Origin: Octopus vulgaris
Taxonomy: Eukaryota
NCBI GenBank assembly: GCA_951406725.2
Contig: OX597816.1
Location: forward strand, 35,402,001 to 35,466,000
Direction of reading: 5' to 3'
Length of the DNA: 64,000 bases
Made by a program: the position numbers and the translations under genes. This document shows, in pieces, positions 56,436 through 64,000 of the stretch (its first letter is position 1; every line of letters begins with the position of its first letter). The notes beneath the pieces were generated by a model that saw only the letters and a list, made by a program, of their open reading frames with translations, searched no databases and had not been told where the DNA came from.

Positions 56436-56835
56436 GATGAATTAGGGTAAATGTTTTTGAATTTTCACCTAATTTTTGAATTACTACTACTTGGCGGTGT
56501 GAGTTATGGCTGCTCTTTCTGGTGGACGAATGACCTGTTAGGGTCATTCCTAAATTGTTATATTTATATACTTAGTCGTTGACTATTTTCTCTTTTCCAG
56601 TAGGCCGTTGGTAGCGATAAATTTCTATTGAATTTTTTTGCTACCCTAAATTGACTAATATATATATATATATATATATATACGCGGGTGGGAAGGGGCT
56701 GGTGACACAATCTTTTCATTCACACATTGAATTTGGTGATACTAGTTGCGGATTCTAGCTCGCTCTGATACTGAGTTGAGTTGATGCCTTCTAGTATCTC
56801 AAAATTCAATATATAATCATTTATGATTATAGTAT

Positions 56836-56936
56836 TCTACGCTGAAGAGAAAAGAAGTTCTTGGTAAGATAGAATTATTTAATATTTAATTCTTATGCTT
56901 TCCTAAAAACTTGATTTCGAAACGTACGTCCGTAGA
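56836..56936 (+). ncRNA. Type I hammerhead (593-nt family), GUC at 56928-56930
   Basis: tctacg-CTGAAGA-gaaa...tttc-GAAA-cgtac-GTC-cgtaga; stem III palindrome ACGTACGT. Confidence 0.9.
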
Positions 56937-57428
56937 TAACTTAAAATTGTATGATAGTTTGCCGTCAATTCATTCCCTCTTACCTGTTTGTGTCTGCCTT
57001 CCAATTGCTGTTTTTACTGAGATCTCCTTTTTAGTAGAAGAAATAGCTATAACTCTTTGACTGCTATTTCTAAATTCGGTATGTGGTAAGGCAATTCGTT
57101 GCCAAACCCTTTATTGCTTAGTATTACTTAAATTTTCCTCGAATGAGGCTTTTACATGCCGAAGACTACTTGGTGTAATTGATAATTATTCCAAATTAAT
57201 TAATTTCACCCTTCATTATTACGGATAACCATATTTTATCTCAGTAGATGACCATAGCATCTTGTTTTGTCTACACGCGGGTGGGAAGGGGCTGGTGACA
57301 CAATCTTTTCATTCACACATTGAATTTGGTGATACTAGTTGCGGATTCTAGCTCGCTCTGATACTGAGTTGAGTTGATGCCTTCTAGCATCTCAAAATTC
57401 AATATATAATCATTTATGATTATAGTAT

Positions 57429-57529
57429 TCTACGCTGAAGAGAAAAGAAGTTCTTGGTAAGATAGAATTATTTAATATTTAATTCTTATGCTTTCCTAAA
57501 AACTTGATTTCGAAACGTACGTCCGTAGA
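57429..57529 (+). ncRNA. Type I hammerhead (593-nt family), GUC at 57521-57523
   Basis: Same motif as 56836-56936. Confidence 0.9.
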
Positions 57530-57714
57530 TAACTTAAAATTGTATGATAGATTGCCGTCAATTCATTCCCTCTTACCTGTTTGTGTCTGCCTTCCAATTG
57601 CTGTTTTTACTGAGATCTCCCTTTTTAGTAGAAGAAATAGCTATAACTCTTTGACTGCTATTTCTAAATTCGGTATGTGGTAAGGCAATTCGTTGCCAAA
57701 CCCTTTATTGCTTA

Positions 57715-57772
<58 letters not shown>

Positions 57773-57775
<3 letters not shown>

Positions 57776-57965
57776 GGTCCCGGGTTGATTCGGGGTTAAC
57801 CACAATAAGTAAGGTACTCAATACATAGCAGAGTAAAATTAATTTATTATATAGAAGGAGCTTCTACAGGACTAGTACTGTTTCATTCAAGAGAAATCTT
57901 CAGAGCTTCCTGAAGATTTCTCTTGAATGAAACAGTACTAGTCCTGTAGAAGCTCCTTCTATATA

Positions 57966-57971
<6 letters not shown>
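57773..57971. repeat. Fold-back palindrome (arms ~57840-57903 and 57910-57971) made of two back-to-back hammerhead cores
   Basis: CTGAAGA-t ttc tctt gaa t-GAAA-cagtacta-GTC on both strands; the 5' strand of stem I is missing at the inversion point. Confidence 0.7.
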
Positions 57972-58020
<49 letters not shown>

Positions 58021-59910
58021 AGCATGCATGTAGAGACACATGTATATATCGGTTTTAAATGTAGTTATAAAGTAGTCTGAAACATCTTTTTAGTGTTTTA
58101 TATTTTATTTAATTGCAGAATCCGACTGTGCTATGCATTTAGTCAGCGATAACGAAATTAAATGAGTTTTCTATATTCCAATTCGTTCAAAGCGATACAA
58201 TGTTAGACGCCGATTTGGAAACAAAAATCTTTTATTCCCCTAACATTTTGCTTATTTCTGCAAAAAATGTTAGTCCGACTATGTACATGGTTCCATTTAA
58301 TGATAGCAATTACGTATATTATGTATGATAACTTGCAGACGAATTATTTTCTCTCAGAAACTATAATGTCATTAAGGAAGTACTCTTACTATAATCATTA
58401 AAAAATAATTACATTACAATTTACTGCTATGAAATTAATTAATATAACCAATTATCAATTATCTGAAATATGTATATGTAAATATATCTCGAAGATACAA
58501 TTTATATCTTAAAGTAACGTGTGGCATTTTAATATCAGTGCCTTAGATTATATATATATATACATAACAAAGTGGAGTTGTGGGGTACCGCACGAGTGGA
58601 ATTATATACGAAAGGAGGTTCGAAAATGCAATTTGAAAGATGTTTATTTACTTTACCGGTTTCACTCTTTGGAAAAAGATTGTCAAAAGTAACATGTAGA
58701 AGTTTGGTTATGTTAATTATTGGTTGTTGCAAATTGCTACGTTACATATATACAGTCTTTGGTAACAGGGACATGTTAAGGACATGTTAAGGACAAGTTC
58801 CTTAAAATATTGGGCACAAAGATTACTACATAAATAATCGTTCTCAAGGACATGCTTGAGATAGTTTCCAGAAGGAATTGATATTGGTATTGTATCTGTA
58901 TATTCAGATATGCACATAATATTGGTTGACACAGAGTACTATAATTCATATAAATATACATTCTTTGGTGACAAGAGTATGTTGAGAATATAAAAAAAGT
59001 TTAACAAGCTCATTGAAATAATGGGCACAAAAGATTACAACAAATATATTATACAACTCAAGATAATTTCTAGGAGAAATTATAAAAAAAGTTCAGTATA
59101 CACGTACAGAATATTATGAGTTCAAAAAGATTTACATTATAATAGTGGTGAAGCTAAAACTGACCTGTCCGTTTAAGGAGAAATGTGGAACTGAAAAGAA
59201 TGTGCCTTTTTCTTTTTTTGTCTCTCCTTCAAGCATCAATGATTTTGGGGTCACGATGGGGGTGAGTGTTTGTATCTTTGTGTGTGTGTGTGTGTGCGTG
59301 CATACATACATATGTGGTGTGAATAGATGTGTCTGTAATATCTGGTAGGATGGTGTGACCGTTTGTCAACCGCTTGTGTTGTTGTCTTGGTGTTGTGTGT
59401 GTGTGTGTGTGTATATGTATGTATGTGTGTGGATGGCATTTGACATGGTGCTGAGTGTGTATATGTGTATATGTATGGAAGTGAGATTGGTGTGAGTGTG
59501 TGTGTCCTTCTGTGTGTGCATATATATGTATACATGAGTTTGTGTGTATGTGGGGTCTGTTTTTGATTGGTTCCAGGGTGGTGTAAATAGATGTGTGTTA
59601 TTTAAAGAATTTTTGGGGGTAGGATGGTGTGTGTATATGTGTGCCCGTTTGTGTGTGTGTGTATGTGTGTGGTTAATGTCTACCAGTGTGTTTCGTGTGC
59701 GTTAGTGTGTATGTGTTTGTTCGCATGTGTGTCCATGTCTGTTGGGTGTATCCGTGTTGGGTGCATGCGTGTATATGCATCTTGCGTGTGGTGTGTTGGT
59801 ATTGAGCATGTGCTTGTGTGTGTGCGTACACACGATGTGGGTGCACGCGTCTTTGTGTGTGTATATACATGCATACATGTGTCTACGCGTATGTGAGGGC
59901 CATACATACG

Positions 59911-59960
<50 letters not shown>

Positions 59961-60248
59961 CATATACATACCACACACATACACACACACATCACACACA
60001 TACACGACACACACACATACACCACACACACACACACAACATACATATACACAACACACACATATATACATATAATATATATATATATACATATGCACAA
60101 TGCACATACATATAATGCACACACATATATATATATATAATGCACACACACCCATAATATACATACATATAACATACACATACATATACATATACACACC
60201 ACACACATACACATACAATGCATTCACATATACACATATACAATGCAT

Positions 60249-60283
<35 letters not shown>

Positions 60284-60494
60284 GAGGCGCAATGGCCTAG
60301 TGGTTAGGGCAGCGGACTCTCGGTCGCAGGATCGCGGTTTCGATTCTCAGACCGGGCGTTGTGTGTGTTTATTGAGCGAAAACACCTAAAAAGCTCTACG
60401 AGGCTCCGGCAGGGGGTGGTGATCCCTGCTGTACTCTTTCACCACAATGGCGGTGCCCCAGCATGGCCACAGCTCAAGAGCTGAAACTGGAAAA

Positions 60495-60512
<18 letters not shown>
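60284..60512 (+). mobile_element. Young tRNA-derived SINE with CR1-type 3' tail and poly(A)
   Basis: gaggcgcaatggcctagtggttagggcagcggact...ggtttcgattc (A/B boxes); tail tggcggtgccccagcatggccacagctcaagagctgaaactgg(A)n. Confidence 0.9.
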
Positions 60513-60526
<14 letters not shown>

Positions 60527-60823
60527 CAATACACATATATATATATACATATATAAAACTTATATACACATATAAATACATACATACACATAACGCATAC
60601 ATATATATACACACACACAACGCACACATATATACATACATAACATAGACATACATAACAAACATATATATAATGTATGCGTGTGTGTGTTGTGTATGTG
60701 TGTGGTCAATGTCTGTTTGTGTGTTGCATATGTGCTGATGTGTGTATGTGTTTGTTTGCATGATACGTTGCGAGTGTGCGTGTGTCTTTGTTTGTTTGTT
60801 TTGGATGTGTGCCTGGGGATATG

Positions 60824-63800
60824 TTAGAGTATGTTTTGTTGTGGTCTGTATTTTTGAATAAGATTATTTTCCCTATTTATTCGTGTTTGGTCTGTGGTGT
60901 TGTCCGAGCATTTGTATAGTGGGTAGACTAAGAATTCGGGAGACTTATTGTGTGCACAGAGGCCTAAGTGTCCACTAAGCGGTATTTCTCTTGTGGAGGG
61001 GTCCCTCAGTTGTTGGCGGTGAACTGTCATTCTTTCTCTGAGGATAAGGCTCGTTTGCCCTATGTAGTGTTCGTGGCACCCTTCACACCTTATGAGGTAG
61101 AGTAAATTTTTTGATGCGCACGTGAAATTATTTTTTACGATGAATGTGTGTCCCGACCGGATCTTGTACGTCGATCCCTCAATGAGGTGGATGCAAGTCC
61201 TGCAGTTGGGACGACCACATTTTTTGACGGTGGGCGGTGGGTTTGTGTTGTGTAATTTTGCGTTGGTGAGGAGGTTTTTTAGGGATTTAGGTTGTCTCTT
61301 ACTTTTTATTATTTTATGAGCTGCCAGTAATTTTTGTAGGCGTGGGTCTTGATTTAGCTGTGGAATATTGTTGTATATAATAGTGTAAGCTCCTGCATTT
61401 CTTGGGTTGTGTGTTCAGAGATAGGGGAGGCTATTTACTGTACTGTGGATGTGTTTAGGTTTTCGTAAGTCTTGAGTTTTAATTGATTTGCCCCGTTCTT
61501 ATCCGTTGTCCACTAGTGATGTCGGGTAATGTCCTTCGAGAAGAATTGCCCTTAGTTCCCGAAGTCTTCTATTTCGTGTTGTGTCATTTGGGACAATTGT
61601 GCAGATTCTTCTGGCTAAGTTGAAGGGGATATTTGTCTTTGTGTGTTTTGGGTGATTGTAGGTGAATAGATGGTATTGTTTAGAGTCAGTGGGTTTGTAA
61701 TGGATGTCAGTTTCAATGTTCACGCCCTTTTTAATGATTAGAATGTCAAGAAAGTGAGTTGGTCCTGACAATATTCCATTGTGAATTGAATGTGGTTATT
61801 TACACTGTTGATAAGGTTTTTGAAGTCAATAAGTTGGTCGAGTGTGTGGGACCATAGGATGAGGCAATTATCTACGTAGCGTTTCCAGTTCCCCAACAGG
61901 TATTTGTGGAAAGACTGGCCGTACTTATATTTGGATTTTTCATAAATATGTGATAGGCCATCACCAGGTTTGCATAGGTAGGGGCAACTTTCGTACCCAT
62001 TGCAATTCCTGAAACCTGTCTGTAAGTGTTATTATTGAAATTCATGAAGTTGTTTTGCAGAATAAATTTGAGCCCCTCAATGATGAATTCTTTTTTTATT
62101 CTTCCCGGGATCTCATTGGGATATTTATCCAGCCAGAATTTAATGGCTTCCAGTCTATATTCATGTGGGATTGTGGTGTAAAGGTTTATTACATGAAAGG
62201 GAACGATTAAAGTGTCTTTATCGGTATGTTTGGGGAGATGATTTAATTGGTCCAGGTCATCTCTTACAATGCTTGGAATGTGTTTCAGTATTGGTTTTAG
62301 GATGATATCGATAAATTTGCTAAGTCTGTGTGTTTCACAACTTGGGCCAGCCACTATTGGTCTCAGTTTGAGATCAGTGGGATGTGGTATAGTGATGCAG
62401 GTTGAAGTGGACTTTTTGCAAGCTTCTGTGATAATTTCACTCTTGTGTATTTTTGGAAGCCCATAGAGTGTGCTGGTTTTGCAATTAAAGTTTGTTATGA
62501 AGTCGCATTCCTTTGATGTTAAGTCATTCCGGTGTTGGTAAATGAGTGCCTTCAGTTTGGTCGTTGTTTTGGATTGCTGGTAGTCGACTACTCTTCCATA
62601 GTATGTAGTATCCTCTAAAAGGTGAGATACAGAGTTTTTATATTGCTCAGTATTCATGATAACGACCGTACTACCCGTATCTGCTTCCTTTATTGTGACG
62701 TCATGATTGTCTCGTAGCGTATGGATGATTTCCCATTCTCTTTTACTGGTGTTGGGTTTGGGTTTAGGTTGTGGAAGTTCACCATAAGGGAAGTTTGAGA
62801 TGTAATCGCAAAATTTGTCTCAGGTTTTGTTTTTGCCTTTTATGGGATTATAGCTGCTTTTGTTACGGACCATTGATTCGTCGTTATTATTAGTTTCTTT
62901 GTCAAAAAATTCCTCTGTGAGGAGTAATTTTCTGCAAAATGTGAGATGTCATCCTGTATTTCCCTCAGGTTAGGGTATTTCGGAGTTGGGGTGAATTTTA
63001 GTCCTTTTGAAAGGATTTTTATTTGTGGTGTCGGCAGATTTAGGTTAGAGAGATTCACTATTTTTGGTTTTTCGGGGTTGGTATCTACCATCTGGTGTCG
63101 TGGAAACTGATGCCCTTGCCTAAAAGAGGAATCCTGGGGATTCTTCTATCTGCGGTATTTTGCTGTGTGTGGTTCTTTTCCCCGTTGAAATGTTGTCTGT
63201 TGAAGAGGTTTGGGTTGTTCCAGAGTCTGGGTTGTTGGTGTGGCCTCCTGGAAGAGTTTTGGTTACTCCAGGGTCTGGGTTGTTTGTCCTGGGTGTAATG
63301 TTGGTTCCTTAGAGTGGGTTGGAAAACACATTCATGGTTTAGAAGGGAATTGTTATATGTTGGGAGAGAACTGAGTTTGGAACGGTTTGGGTTGGAATCT
63401 ACAATCATAGTTCAGAGATAGGTTTCTAAGTGATGGGTAGGATCTCCGATCCTGGAACGGTTCTTGTGTGTGTTGGGGTCTACATTGTCTGGTAAAGTTT
63501 TGTCTTGTGTTGGTGGGTGTCTCGTTTTTTTTGATGGGATTGTAGTGCTGACTGTAAGTTCTGTTTTTGTTGTCAATGTTAGGGGTGGTGTGTGTTCGGT
63601 GTTTTGTGATTTGTTTTCTTTGTTCTTGGTGAGGGGTGTGAGTTGAAGTTGATATTTTAAAATATGGGTTGCTTGAATGGTGTTCATTTTTTAACTCTGT
63701 TTCATAATTCGCGAACCAGCTGTTTTTTTCCATTCGCTGGAGGGATGTTAGTTCTTCATCCTCGCAGTTTTTTCTCCAGAGATTGGTTTTATCAAGGAGT

Positions 63801-64000
63801 ACTCCTTCACAGTGTTTGAGATTTCAATCTGCATTTGATTGTCAAGGCTCTTGAATTTTTCTTCACTAGCGTTGGCTCTGAGCCGCAAAAGTTCTACTTC
63901 CGTTTTGAATTTTTCGAAAGCTAGTTTCTCCCTGAGGTTTGTTTTGATTTTCTGGTTCATTTTGGATGGGCTTTATTTGTAGTTTTCTGGGTAGGATGAT
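60824..64000 (-). mobile_element. Penelope-like element (RT, Cys-rich linker, GIY-YIG endonuclease; Neptune-like), frameshifted, runs off the window end
   Basis: LSKGLKFTPTP, YGLPKIHKS, LRPIVAG, GIAMGTKVAPTYANL, RYVDNCL, TDIHYKPTD, CGRPNCRTC, LLYLIRCEGCHEHYIGQT, RENNLIQKY. Confidence 0.93.

Larger units (their letters stand above)
54876..56659. mobile_element. Retrozyme-like array: one inverted (minus) 473-nt unit joined head-to-head to ~2.7 direct tandem units, one hammerhead per unit
   Basis: CTGATGA cores at 55396, 55869 and 56343 (spacing 473/474); inverted copy 54876-55384; flanked by (TA)n; no ORF. Confidence 0.88.
56682..57716 (+). mobile_element. Second retrozyme-like array: ~1.75 tandem copies of a 593-nt unit
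   Basis: acgcgggtgggaaggggctgg at 56682 and 57275; hammerhead cores at 56842 and 57435; (TA)n on both sides. Confidence 0.85.

Noticed and set aside
54876-57716. CRISPR array or plain satellite interpretation of the tandem repeats
   Set aside because: Units are 473-593 nt with no spacers, there are no cas genes and the context is eukaryotic; the hammerhead cores explain the repeats better
60284-60360. tRNA gene (also at 33110-33187 and 43430-43510)
   Set aside because: The tRNA-like heads continue into SINE bodies and I could not form a complete cloverleaf

Overview
AT-rich, microsatellite-laden eukaryotic DNA. The SINE, LINE and (TA)n content looks like an Octopus (cephalopod) genome, which is an inference from repeat families. 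Only one convincing host gene is visible: an intronless 340-aa secreted, Cys-rich ORF (4990-6012) with a CRE palindrome just upstream. The rest is mostly transposon debris: a Helitron, a Tc1 DD34E element, mariner, CR1, R4 and Tx1 remnants, tRNA-derived SINEs and a Penelope-like element (PLE) with RT and GIY-YIG domains. There is also a ~2.8/2.4 kb local duplication. The standout signal is non-coding. I read at least 14 well-formed and several degenerate type I hammerhead ribozyme motifs (CUGANGA...GAAA...NUH, paired stems I/II, palindromic stem III) from about six sequence families. They sit in 445-593 nt tandem or partially tandem units, or in fold-back palindromes, inserted in (TA)n tracts. 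The best case is a near-identical 473-nt array at 54876-56659, next to a 593-nt array at 56682-57716. This architecture matches non-autonomous PLE-derived retrozyme-like elements that could release unit-length or circular RNAs. Several of the hammerheads have unusually long stem II insertions and a mismatched basal stem II pair. All structures were read by eye and none were computed.
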